A stretch of 64,000 nt of DNA from the human T2T-CHM13v2.0 reference genome, Homo sapiens, in the NCBI RefSeq assembly GCF_009914755.1, contig NC_060928.1, one strand, 5' to 3'. Positions 1 to 17,418 of this stretch are shown one piece after another (the first letter of the stretch is position 1; the number at the start of each line of letters is the position of its first letter). The notes under the pieces were generated by a model, which worked only from the letters and a program-made list of their open reading frames with translations, had not been told where the DNA came from and did not search any database. The translations under genes were made by a program, and so were the position numbers.

Positions 1-842
1 ATCAAATAAAAACCAGAGCCTTTCTGATTTAAACCAACACTCCTTTCCCCAGGTTTTATCTCATTTATGTGGGGCACAGAAAGTTGCAGCCTTTCCAACA
101 TAAACCTCTGCCAGCACCAGCTCATATTAAGTAAATGTGTGGGATCAACAACGGAGCGCTGTTGACATTTTTTCAGGCCCCTCCCATGCTTGGGTCATCA
201 GGATCCAAGCCTCTCCCTGAGCTTCCAGCTCTAAAATTATATGACTCTAGTTACTTTGGCAGCTATTCAGAGGAAAAAGAAAATAGGGAGGAAGGAGGGA
301 AAAAAAGATAATTACTGAAGCATCGTCCCTAAAATTCTGATGGCATTGGGTAGGAAGGGTGTTTATAAAATAGTCGTGATCACAGCAGATAGACATGGCA
401 GTGATCAGAGAAGCGTCCTTGAATAGCCCCTGATGTTCACACCTCCATACTGACATTTGTTATCATAACGGCCTTGGTGGTTAAACTGAGATGTGTTCTT
501 AAGCAAGAGGCCCCAGGGCTGTGTGGCTTTATCTTTTCCCCTCTGAATCGCAGGGAGAAAGAGCAGTTCCACAATCAGTTCTGTGTATTTCTTATTATGT
601 TCCTTAGCGGTTCCTAAGGTGGTCATAAAGAGAATGACTCTGTTACATAAGACAGTCACTGTTGAACCAGGATCTCCCAGGGCCTGCGTCCTTACCTAGT
701 AGCAACCGTGAAACACATGAACTCTTCCAGGCAGAGTAAAATATACCCAAATGGGTAACGACTGTAATTCCACAGCTAAATGCTGCTTTTGCGGCATCTA
801 AATCAATGTGCTCCCCCATCAAACTCCAGCATATGAGGGTAG

Positions 843-1164
<322 letters not shown>

Positions 1165-2193
1165 CATTGCATTTTAGACATTATCTAAGTGTAATCTTTG
1201 TTCACAGATGCATCAGAAAACACCGAGTTTGATCAGCCATCTGAATTAGAAACAGTAATAACAAAAATCACAACACTTTAGCATCCAAACAGTTAAGGGA
1301 GGAGAGCCGTTGTTGAATTCTCTCTTGAAACTCATCATGATGAGGCTGTACCAAGAGGGCGATGTAACTGTGGGTACCGGGGCCTGCAGAAAATCCCCCC
1401 TGGCTCCTTCTGAGCTGCCACTCAGGGCTTTATTTATCCCACCCGTATCTCTCCTTCAGAGTGACACAGTCAGCAAGTCACTGGACTGCGGACTGTGGCA
1501 TCGTGGTCTTTTGTGTTGGTCTTCTCAGCAAGAACCTGATTTCTGGCTTTGCTCAGCATCCATCCTCCCACCCCATCAGCTATGGCTGTGCAGTGAAGCT
1601 AATGGGGTTGAAGCTTCAGAATCCCTCATTTGCACGGGCTCCTTCCAAGGCCCTACAAGGACCCTTAGCCGTGTGTGTGTGTGTTTATATATAAAATTTC
1701 TATAAGTAAGAAACTGCAATTTTAGGGGATTAAGATCATTTGCATTCTGCTCCAACGCCACTTGTGTTAGGGGTCCTAGAAGTGGCTGTGAGCATTTTGG
1801 GGAATTGGCTAACGGCAAGTTGAGTTAGGGATACATTTAGTTGGACTTGGTAAAACACAGTCATCTGATTTGCAGATGTGTCTGTGCATAGTTGAAGTTA
1901 TTGCTACTCATCCTGATGTAGGAATGGCTTCCAGGAAAACGCCCTCTCCCTGTGCCAACTCACTGGGCATCAGGACATGAAGGTGCAGGCCAAAATTTGC
2001 ATCATGATATAAATGTGTGCTGTGGCTTCTGGCACCACAAGTATGTGTCTCATGAACATAAAACACAGTTTGGAGCCAGAAGCCAGTCTGGGGGAATATT
2101 CTTTCCAATTTTATAGCTTGTATGTATATCAAGAGAACTTGATAGAGGTTATACCAAATTTAACAACAACCTTGGATAGAATTTTAAATGACA

Positions 2194-2504
<311 letters not shown>

Positions 2505-2507
2505 TTA

Positions 2508-2885
<378 letters not shown>

Positions 2886-3177
2886 TTAATAAAATATTAT
2901 GTACTTTTTGGAGTTTTATGATTTTGTGTGATTTGTTAGCTTTTGATAATGTGATTTGCTGTACATTCTTTGCTCATTATGTGATAACTATTTATCTACA
3001 TAACTTTGTATTCTTCTACTTAAAAAGGGCGCCCAGATTCTGTAAGCTTCAGGCCTCCCAAAACCTGGATCCACCTCTGCCCCCTGCAGCATGTGGTAAA
3101 CTGTTGAAAACAGTATACACTAAATGTGTGTGAATCAAATGCTGCTCCCTCTGCCTCATTAAAAATCATTTCCACTG

Positions 3178-3793
<616 letters not shown>

Positions 3794-3998
3794 ACTATCA
3801 GTTCTTATAGGTGAAAACAGGAATCCAGATGATATGAGGCTCCACCAGATATTAGTGAGGACAGTGTGACCTACATGTGATTTTCTTTGTGGAAGGTTTA
3901 AAAACAGAAACATGAGCAACCTTGGTGCGAGACTTAGACCTATAACGAGGGCATCTGCTTTTCCTTACTCAAGCTACACCAGGATTGGGACAAACTAG

Positions 3999-4287
<289 letters not shown>

Positions 4288-4602
4288 CTGTCATCTTGAA
4301 TTTTATTCACATATTTTGATCTTCATTTATTTGGAGTGAAGGCATATAAGTTATCAAAAATTAAAAATAATATTTTGAAATTTTAAACTGAGGTTCTTTT
4401 TCTTCAAAGTTATTGACTCTGCCCCCATTGGCTCAATGGCATTCATTACTTCAGGAGAAAGTGAAAACAGCGAGAACAAAGCAGCCAGGAGGTGCTGAGC
4501 GGATGGATAATTCACAATATCTGAAGCCACAGTCGCTTGAAAGAGCTAGTCATGTGAGAGAGAGGCAGTTTTGTTCTGAATTTCAAAATGGCTTAGTTTT
4601 AA

Positions 4603-4728
4603 CCCATTTATGGCTGAGGTGGCAATTTTTTTAATTTGAAAAATCAGACCTTGGAAATGCCTTGAGCAGTAGGATATAAATAACTCCCACATGCTTACCG
4701 TTCCAATAATGGAACACTAGGCATAAAT
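4603..4728 (-). mobile_element. MER85 (PGBD3-related non-autonomous piggyBac MITE)
   Basis: TTAA at 4599-4602 then CCCATTTATG TIR; internal GTTCCAATAATGGAAC palindrome (4700-4715); other TIR ...AGGCATAAAT lacks the terminal GGG/TTAA. Confidence 0.85.
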
Positions 4729-4790
4729 AAGCAAGATGATAGTAAAAGCTTGGGGGACAGAGCATAGCATTTATAGGTGTTACGATAAAG

Positions 4791-4992
4791 CAACTTGTCC
4801 AATCTGTGGCCAGGATGGCTTTGAATGCAGCCCAACACAAATTCATAAACTTTCTTAAAACATTATGAGACTTTTTGAATTTTTTTTTTTTTTAGCTCAT
4901 TAGCTATCATTAGTGTTAGCATATTTTATATGTGGCCCAAGACGATTCTTCTTCCAATGTGGCCCAGGAAAGCCAAAAGATTGGACACCCTG
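4791..4992 (-). mobile_element. MER30 (hAT-Charlie MITE)
   Basis: caacttgtccaa...gccaaaagattggacaccctg; degenerate 8-bp TSD cgataaag/ctctaaag. Confidence 0.85.
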
Positions 4993-5058
4993 CTCTAAAG
5001 GATGCAGCTCATGGCACAAGGTCATTTCTCCACCATAAAAGAAAGCAATACAAATTGC

Positions 5059-5790
<732 letters not shown>

Positions 5791-5859
5791 TTTTTTTAAT
5801 AAGCATTAAAAAAATAGCTTTCCTGGCACTGCAAAAGCTTACTGGGGGAGGGGGGGGGA

Positions 5860-6692
5860 AATAAAGGCTTTCCTGACTCAGCACCCAGGGAACTGGGGAG
5901 CAGAAATGGGGGAGGAGAGAAGAGTTGTAAGAGACACAGACAGAGGTGTGCTTGTTCCCAAGGGGGCGGTGGCTCTGCCTCCTTAGCCGACATTTCACTG
6001 GCAGGGGACAGAGAGTACAGGGGTAAGGGCAGAAGGGACTTGGCCCTTGTTTGCTCTAAAACCCTTGCTTCCAGCACCACAAGAACATGAGAGGGGAGAG
6101 AAGCAGAGCGGAAAGGCAGGCAGGGCAGACCTGGACTGAAAATGGGCCTCCAAGAACCGCCCCACCTGAGTCTCCCCTACTTCCTTCCTGTGTGGGGAAA
6201 TCAGGGGAAGAGCCCGTAGCGCCTGGTGAGGGTGAGGAAGGTGGCAGAGAATGAAGCCTTGGCCAGAGCAGCACTGCCACTGCAGTGACGGGGCCTGGCC
6301 GGCAGGGAACAGCCACCTCTCCTTTTGTTGCCTAAGAGCAGCTGACAAACTGGGTCAATGGTGAAGGCAACAGTGACCAAGACTGACACCCACCACCAAG
6401 GCAACAAGATGTCTCCAAGGCCAAGGGGGGCCGGAGAACAGGAAGCATGGGACAGACCTGGGGCTCATCCAGAGGAGGAGATGAGGGAGCGTGGCCCTGA
6501 TGGAATTAAAATCCTGGATTGACTGAGGAATTACCCTAAAGAAGCTTTGAAACCAGAAGGGTGTCAGTTATCCTAAAGTGCCAAGATGAAGAGTTTTCCA
6601 CTACTTCATAAGTAAATTGAGTACAGTTATAGAGAAATAATGTTTCATTTTTGCAGCTCTGAGATGTCACTGTAAACTTGAAACCCACTACA
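5860..6692 (+). mobile_element. Possible ancient LTR (LTR78/79-like); 5' boundary uncertain
   Basis: 3' end ...atttttgcagctctgag...tgtaaacttgaaacccactaca resembles these termini as I recall them. Confidence 0.35.
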
Positions 6693-6713
6693 CATTAGAA
6701 ATCCCTGCCCTCA

Positions 6714-7023
<310 letters not shown>

Positions 7024-7240
7024 TTATGTTCCCAAAATGTTCCCACCACAGAGGCAGCCTTGTACACTGACAATTTGCCTACATTTGGTGGGGTGTGATT
7101 GCAAGACCAGGACCAGACAGCAATCAGCACTACTTTGAGCTTCCAGAAATCTAATCCGGGGAAGTATTCAGGCAAGAGATACATTGATCTCTTATAGAGG
7201 ACACAAAGACATGAACATTGATAGCCCTGTTGTCATCTTA

Positions 7241-7612
<372 letters not shown>

Positions 7613-8503
7613 TCATTTCTCTCCCACCCTTACTCTGACTGGTATCTTGGAAGCGGAAAATTCTAATGCAATATTTGCTATGAGTGTTGTCTTTAAATGT
7701 CATCCACAATGATTAGGAAGCCCTCACAGACACCAGCCCTGTTTAGCTGGGTGCAGCCGACCAGGTGTTCAACCAGTTTGACTACTCCGCCTCCCTTTGT
7801 TAGGCCTCTGAATTATTTATCTCCTGGTATGCGAGTGAGAGACTCAGACTGTGGCTCTCCACATGCCCTGGAGCTAAACGTCCTTGTTTGTTTTCTCCGG
7901 AGTAATTTCACTTATTCCCCTCTCCCCTCTCTACAAGGAAGCTGTGGTTCACAGGTATCCATGACTATAATGATTCATGAGGAATCGAAATAAAGGCATT
8001 ACAAACCCTCTAGATAAAATGAGGACATTCTTTAAGTTCTATTATAAATTGAGTGTAGCCCAAGAATTCAACGGAGAATGAATAAGAGATTACCGGTTGT
8101 CTGGTTAGAGATTAGTGGTTGCCCCCAGGGAATAGCTTGTTGGCTTGTGTGGGCGGCCAGAAAACACGGCAGCCTCAGCTCTCTTTGGAGTCCTTCCTTC
8201 AGAGAGGAATTGACTTCCTAGCAATTCATTTCCCCGTGATTGTGGCCCATGCTCACAGAGGCCAAAACAAACAGGCCCAGGAAGATTCTTACCGTGGCCA
8301 GTGGAGAGCCCGGCCTGGCAGCACCCCTCAGGCTTCGCCGCTGCCTTGTGTGCATCCCAAGCAATCTTTGTCAGCATCCCCATGGCCACAAAACTTCCTT
8401 TTTAAAAAAAAAACGAAAAATGTAGTTTAAATGTTCACATGCACATCACAGCTAACTTCTATTACCTTTAAAAGTGCTTTTAAATTTTTTAGACTTTATT
8501 TAG

Positions 8504-8897
8504 TGTAAAATTAAGTTTAGCCCAATGCTGCCTCCTTATAGTTTACATTCTGCCTAAAGCTGTGCTCATGCATAGTGCACTGTCACCTGACAGGGTGTGT
8601 AAACACACGGCTGCCTACTCTTGTGTCAATCACCCAGTTCCGGCCAAAGGCGGGCAGTTCTTCAAACCATGAACAAACAAGGCAATCATCCAGCAGTAAC
8701 CAACCTGGCTCTTTCTGTGCCTCACTTGTTTCCTGTACATCCCTTTCCTTTTTCTGTCCGTAAATCTTCCTCCACCATGTGCCTAAGCTGGAGCTTCTCT
8801 GAACCCATTCTGGTCCAGGGGCTGCCCTATTCACAAATAATTTTTTGCTCAATTAAACTCTGTTAAGTTAAACGTCTCTGTGGTTTTTCTTTTAACA
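8504..8897 (+). mobile_element. MER57(B)-like ERV1 solo LTR
   Basis: TG...CA ends (tgtaaaattaagtttagcc...ttcttttaaca), attaaa signal, 4-bp TSD TTAG. Confidence 0.85.
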
Positions 8898-8899
8898 TT

Positions 8900-9038
8900 A
8901 GAGACAGGGTCTCACTCTGTCACCCAGGCAGTGGTGCGATCATGGCTCACTGCAACCTCTATCTTCTAGGCTCAAAAGATCCTCCCACCTCACCTCCCGA
9001 GTAGCTGAGACCATAGGCATATGCCACCACACCTGGCT
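8900..9038 (-). mobile_element. AluJ/FRAM right-arm fragment
   Basis: Antisense right arm adjoining the LTR. Confidence 0.8.
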
Positions 9039-9139
9039 CATCTCTCCTTTGTAATGCCTTATGTTTTCATTAAAAAAAATATACTCTTAAGGCTGAAAGT
9101 TCGTTTAGACTAAACATAGCTTGAGGCCCCTTGACAGCA

Positions 9140-11250
9140 CCCCTGGATGCTGGCCATCCAGTCTCGAATCTGAACGTCTTCAGTGACAGGGAGGTAACTT
9201 GCTCCCTCCCAACATAGACTCATCCACTTTTGGGTTGCTCCAGTGGAAACCCTTTCTTAGACTGAAGATTCCCTATAATTTACATCAATTGTACCTAATT
9301 TCATGCCTTGACACCCCGTGGGATAAATCGTACCCATCTTCCATGTGAAAGCTCTGTAGAAAATTGGTGACCACTATGTCATCACTCCCCCCATGGCCCT
9401 TCTTCATGGCCGAGCTCCTGCGGTGGTATCATTCTTCCTCTACCAAGGGGCTGAGAGTGTCTACCACCCCGCTGCTCCCCTCTGAACAGCCTCCAACTCG
9501 TCGAGCCCTTTGAAAACTGTGGTGCACATAGCTTGGCACAGGGCTCAGCTGTGGTCTCTCCAGTGCAGAATGAGGCAGAAGGCTTTGTTGGAAATACCAT
9601 ACATCTATTAATGCAGCCAAGGATTTAATGAGCTTTCTTGGCAACCACATGAAATTATGGCTTTTTTTCTTACCAGCAACTACATATTTGAGTGGTTGGA
9701 TTTTGTAAACCAAGACCAGAGCCTTCCGTTTACCATTATGGACTTTATCTTGTAATATGGGCTGATTCATTCAGACTTTTAGAGATCTTCTGGGGTTTTG
9801 ATTTTGCCCTTCAATGTATTAGTATTCCACTCATTCTCTGTGTCACCTGCAAATACAACAAGTTTATTTTTGGTCTTTGGCCAAGCCACTGATAAAACAA
9901 AAACAAAAACAAAAAAACACAACAACAACAAAAAACCCTCATGTGGCACGATAATGCAGAGTTCTGTGGTATTCCAATAAAACCAGTCCTCTGGATTAAA
10001 AAGAATCAATTAATTAGCAAGCTTTGGCTATGATCCTTCAACCCGTTAAAAACCAGCACAATTACCCTATCCCTCAACCCCTGTGAGGACAACATTAGCC
10101 ATTCTTTACGGCAGCTCATCATCTGACCCCACTTTCTGCGTGGGAGAATTCCCTACTTTGCGAGTCTGTCAGAAGGCAGAGACCACCTCCTCCCATGAGA
10201 AGTGAAACAGGTCAGCATCTGGCTTTCCCAGCTCCCTCCATAGCTAAGGTGTGGGCATATGATCTGGGCTCCACCAAACAGAGGCATTGGGCTGAACTTT
10301 GACTCAGGAGCTGGAGAGGCAAAAAAGTTGGGACTTTAAGGACTCTGTTTTGGCAGAGGATGGGGACAGCTTTATACCCTTTTCAGGACACCAGGGTTAG
10401 TGTTAGCCGTGTCAGCAGGGCAAACCTTGGTGTTCATGCCGATGTTGACAAGCTGTCATGCCCTCCAAAGACCAGGGCTGTGATTGTGGATGCGGCTCTG
10501 CATCCAAAAATCCATAAATCACATCAGATGTAGGATATCTGAGCCTGATTGTCTGGCCCTTCTGGACAGCTGGTAAACTTCCCTATATCCTTGAATAAAA
10601 TCCCTTTTCTGTTTAAACTCACTAGAATTTGTTTCTGTTCTTTGTGACCTAAAAGCTGCGAGTGATACTCTGCCTCTGTACCTTATCCCCAGGGCACCCA
10701 AGCAACTATGTCAGTTTCCTTTCTGAAGTGTAGAGGGACCATATCCATCTTGTATCTCTAAGTTTGCCAGTGGAGTAATCCTATCAGAAAAGGAGATGGA
10801 ATCAGGCTAACACAATTTGCTTTTAGTGACATGGGGCTGACTATAATCACTGCCTGCTGGTTTCTAAGAGCTCAGAAACCACCTTCTAGCATTCTCTTCA
10901 ACACTCTCACCAAGAATCAATCTCAAGCTTACTGATCTATAGGTCATAGAACCCACCTTCTTTTTCTTTTTGAAAATTAGAATTACGTATTTCCCATCTC
11001 TGTGGCTCGGTTATTTTTCATAATTCCTAGAGATCATCCAAAAGATTTCCCAATCACCTCCACAAATTCTTTCCATTTTCTTTACTATGAAAATATTCTC
11101 ATACCATCTCCTCATAGGTTTGATTTGTTCTTTTTGATTTGAAAAATGTTCTTTTTTGAGAAGACAGAAGCAGAGCAAGAGTTAAGGAATTCCATGTTCT
11201 GTGTTATGTTTGAATATTGCATTGTCCAGTTGACACTACAGACATTCCTC
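9140..11250 (-). mobile_element. L3/CR1 LINE fragments, interrupted by an LTR16-like element (~10095-10668)
   Basis: Degenerate CR1 RT-like segments near 9510 and 10760-10840; LTR-like 3' end aataaaatcccttttctgtttaaac...gtgatac. Confidence 0.45.
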
Positions 11251-11351
11251 AGAACCTGTCCTAGACCTGCAGACAAAGGCGAGGCATAGCCCATCTCTCT
11301 GCAATTTCAAATATCTAAACCCAAACCCCATGCCCTCCAGTCTAAATACAC

Positions 11352-12180
11352 TGTCTTAGTCCATTTGGGCTGCTGTAACAAAATACCTTAGACTGGGTAA
11401 TTTATAAAAAGCAGAATGTGGCCGGGCGCGGTGGCTCACCCCTATAATCCCAGCACTTTGGGAGCCTGAGGTGGGCAGATCACTTGAGGTCAGCAGTTCA
11501 AGATCAGCCTGGCCAACATGGTGAAACCCCATCTCTACTAAAAATACAGAAATTAGCTGGGTGTGGTGGCAGGTGCCTGTAATCCCAGCTACTCTGGAGG
11601 CTGAAGCTGGAGAATAGTTTGAACCTGGGAGGTGGAGTTTGCAATCCCAGCTAATCTGGAGGCTGAAGCAGGAGAATAGTTTGAACCTGGGAGGCGGAGG
11701 TTGCAGTGAGTCGGAGACTGCACCACTGCACTCCAGCCTGGATGACAGAGCGAGACTCAATCTCAAAAAGAAAAAAAGTGCGGAATTTTATTGCTCACAG
11801 TTCTGAAGGCCGAGAAGTTCAACATCAAGGTGCCACCGGATTCGGTGCCTGGTGAGGGCCCTCTGCTTCATACAGGGCACCTTCTTGCTGCATTCTCACA
11901 TGGTGGAAGGAGGAAAGGGGCAAGCAAACTCCCTCAGGCCTCTTTTATGGCGGGATTATTCCCATTCACGAGGGTTCTGCCCTCATGACCCAACAGCCCC
12001 ACCTCTTAAAGGCAAAACATTGGAGATTCGATTTCAACAGATGAGGGAGTCTCTGAGCCTACTCTAGCTCAGAAGGTTACCTGCCAAAAAAAAAAAAAAA
12101 AAACAAGGAAAGAAAAAGAAAAAAAAAAGAAGATTTCAACATGTGAATTTTGGAGGGATGCAAACACTCACACCATAGCG
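11352..12180 (-). mobile_element. MLT1A-like MaLR LTR interrupted by an Alu and a short insert
   Basis: tgtcttagtccatttgggctgctgtaacaaaatacc...caaacactcacaccatagc. Confidence 0.8.
11420..11777 (+). mobile_element. AluS with internal 62-bp tandem duplication
   Basis: Right-arm segment 11581-11642 is repeated at 11643-11704. Confidence 0.9.
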
Positions 12181-12436
12181 CTGTCCTTGAATATAGTATG
12201 TGCCTTATGAATGCTAGTGGCATAAAGCTAACAAAAGGCTATAACTTATCCCAGGCATACCTGCTTGGCTTTTGAACCTCATTTCTGTCACTGTACACTT
12301 ACAGCCTACCATAAAAAATATTAATGATCACATAAAAGGTGGTTTATATTATCCAGGTCTTATTTAGTATCATTAAACATCACTGTTAGTCTCATTTAAT
12401 ATAGCTAACTTATATTTGGCCAAAAAAAGCATTGCA

Positions 12437-12891
12437 GGCCAGATGTGGTGGCTCACACATGTTATGCTAGAACTTTGGGAGGTCAAAACAGGCGGATCGC
12501 TTGAGCCCCAGGATTTCAAGACCAGCCTGAGCCACATAGTGAGACCTTGTCTCCACAAAAAATTAAAATTAAATAAGGATTGCAGGCCGGGCGCAGTGGC
12601 TCACGCCTGTAATCCCAGCCCTTTGGGAGGCTGAGGTGGGCAAATCACCTGAGGTCAGGAGTTTGAGACCAGTCTGACCAACATGGAGAAACCCTGTCTC
12701 TACTAAAAATACAAAATTAGACGGGCATGGTGGCACATGCCTGTAATCCCAGTTACTCAGGAGGCTGAAGCAGGAGAATCACTTGAACCTGGAGGCGGAG
12801 TTTGCGGTGAGCCAAGATCGCGCCATTGCACTCCAGCCTGGGCAACAAGAGCGAAACTCCATCTCAAAAACAAACAAACAAACAAACAAAA
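12437..12891 (+). mobile_element. FLAM/AluJ monomer (12437-12574) and AluSp-like (12585-12891)
   Basis: Alu bodies separated and flanked by aagcattgca-like TSD copies. Confidence 0.88.
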
Positions 12892-12950
12892 AAGCATTGC
12901 AATATTATTCCAAATTGTTTTTTAAAAAGCACAAGTCTTAAAATCATAAT

Positions 12951-13284
<334 letters not shown>

Positions 13285-13696
13285 TAGTTCTAAAGCATGC
13301 GTATGTTCAATACTCAGTTGCTTTAACTAAAGGTTTCATTTTTCTATTCACTCAAACAAGTCTCTCTGAGATGGCTACTTTGTAGAAGGCACATTCTCTA
13401 ACTCTGCCTGCTTTTCAATTCAACCCAGCAGCATTCTTTCATGAGAACTAAGTTGTTAGACTGTTTGGTGTCCTGGAAGTGTTAAGTGACTCCAAGATGT
13501 GGAGAAGTTAAGACACCGTGAAGTGACCAGGGCTCCTTGGTGGAACTCAGTTGTTTCTTCTGCTTCAGAGGCTGGGTTCCATGAAGCGCTCCAGAAGAAT
13601 TCTCCATACATCACGCCCAGAATGCCTCTTTTTCTTCTAAATTCCCAATGAAATGATCTCAAGAAACCTGGTTTAAAAAACCATATATACATATAT

Positions 13697-13983
13697 ATTT
13701 TGAGATGGGGTCTCACTCTGTTGCCCAGGCTGGAGTACAGTACTGCGATCACGGTTCACTGCAGCCTCAACCTCCAGGGCTCAAGTGATCCTCCTGCCTC
13801 AGCCTCCCAAGTAGCTAGGACTATAAGTGTGTGCCACCACGCCAGGCTAAATTTTGTATTTTTTGCAGAGACAGGTTTTCACCATGTTGCCCAACCTGGT
13901 CTTGAATGCCTGGGCTCAAGCAATCTGCCCACCTTGGCATCCCAAAGTGCTGAGATTACAGGCGTGAGCCACCACACCTGGCC
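13697..13983 (-). mobile_element. AluJ
   Basis: Antisense dimer with gggctcaag diagnostics. Confidence 0.9.
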
Positions 13984-15076
13984 TAAAAAACATACATTTT
14001 GATATAAATATTCCAAAGTGTGTGTGTGTCTGTGTGTACTTTAAAACCTATTTAATTCCTAGTAGGTAAGGGATAATGTCATTCACTTGACTGAAACTTA
14101 GATTGAGGCCAAGATCAGAGAGAAAGAAGGACCAGCCAGGTCATGATCCATTGCACTGGAGGGAAGAATCCTGCCTTTGAGAAAGGAGGCACCCTCAGAA
14201 GGAGCCTACTGATCTCTCTGGTTGGGGTGAGGTGGGGTAAAGCTGAGAGGAGGCCATGGGCCATTGGAACCATCCCAGCTTGCCCCACTGATGCCTCTTA
14301 GCTTCCCGGATGCCGGATCCCATGCCAGGGAGACTTCGCTGACGTGCTCGGGCTTACCCTGAGCATAGACGGGCTGCTGAACGAGTCGCATCCCTCTCAA
14401 CCCAGGCTTCCAGGAGGGCAGCTGCATAGGTAGAGAAAGGCCAGCACCCTGGATAATTTCAGATGGGCTTGAGGCATGTGTGTGACGGGTGCCTTTTAAA
14501 GTAGCACCCTACCAGAAATGGACTTTGTGTCATCTCCTTCTTGGTAAGAGTGGAAGAGGGGACCCTCCCTTGCAGGAGTAGGTCAAGGATCCACATTGTC
14601 TGGAGAAAAGGGGCAAACTCACAAGACACTTTGGGCTTTCAGGGTTTAAGAAGACACCTGCTCAGTTCCCAGGAGAGTAGATCCCTGGACAGCGGGTGTG
14701 GGGGATGGTCTTGGTCCACAGGGTGGTGATAATCAGAGCGGGAGATCATCCCAAGCCGGGGTCCTGGCGGCGCTGCTGCATCCCACAGGTTCAGGAGGTA
14801 TCATTCCCTCAGAAGCCAGAAGGAACGGTGTTCTCTGCGGTGGTACAGAGTTGAGTCCTATTTCCTGGGGTGGGTTATGCCCCTGGGGTGAATGTACTTA
14901 TGATGAAAGAGTTGGTCCCTAAGAGATAGAACACTCTGAGCTTGGGCCTAGTAGGGAGTGAGGTCCCAGCAGCCAAGCCCGGTTGTAGGCAGTCACTGTG
15001 TCCAGAACTGCTGCAAAAGGGCTTGGTTCTAGCCTAAATGCTACAGCAGGGAAAGAAGACACAAAATTCAGAGGCA

Positions 15077-15230
15077 GGCCGGCATGGTGGCTCATGCCTG
15101 TAATCCCAGCACTTTGGGAGGCCAAGGCGGGAGGATCTCTTGAGCCCAGGAGTTTGAGACCAGCCTAGGCAACATAGTGGGAGCCTGTCTCTATAAAACA
15201 AACAAATAAAAAACCACCACCAACACAACA
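15077..15230 (+). mobile_element. FLAM_C
   Basis: Left-type monomer with tail; TSD aaaattcagaggca/aaaatccagaggca. Confidence 0.85.
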
Positions 15231-15898
15231 ACAAAATCCAGAGGCAGATGCAACCCCTACCCTAGCCCCTTCTACTGAGAAGACCCAAACACTCCCAACT
15301 CCTTATCCACCTACCACCGTGACTCTCTGCCACGCTACACCCCTGAGCTGACAAGGAATTGAAGGAGTTTGACTCAAAGTTCCTGGACCAATTTAGCTGA
15401 CCTCTTCCTTGACTGAGAGAAAGGCAATGTGAAAGGTCTTCACCTAAATGTCTCTGGCCAGTTAGACCGGAAGAGATGGCAGCACAAATGCTGAGACCAA
15501 CTTCCGTAGGAGTCACTGCCTCTCCTGAATGCCCTTGGCCACTAGGTGAGTTCTGGGCTTTGTCCAGCTCCAGGCTCAGGACATGACTTGCTGACACCAG
15601 GCTGTATGCCTCAACTCCTCTCCACCCTAATTATATGTAGACATGGGACCAAGCCCATCTGGACCCAACCAAGCTATGAGGAAACTCTTGCATGCGTGAG
15701 AAGGAGGGCACTGGGGCATTTCAGCAAGACTGACATCTAAATTTTCTGCCCTTATAGGGAGGAGGTTCTTGAACACTTGCTCCTTGGCGGTAAAATGAAT
15801 CAAATTATTCCTACAAGAAAACGTTAGGTCCAAAGAATATGGTTGCCTTTGGTATTAACAACTTACCACCTGCACTTATCGTTATCTGTAAGATGTCA

Positions 15899-17418
<1,520 letters not shown>

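Noticed and set aside
5844-5858. G-run as a G-quadruplex
   Set aside because: Single interrupted poly-G stretch with no functional context
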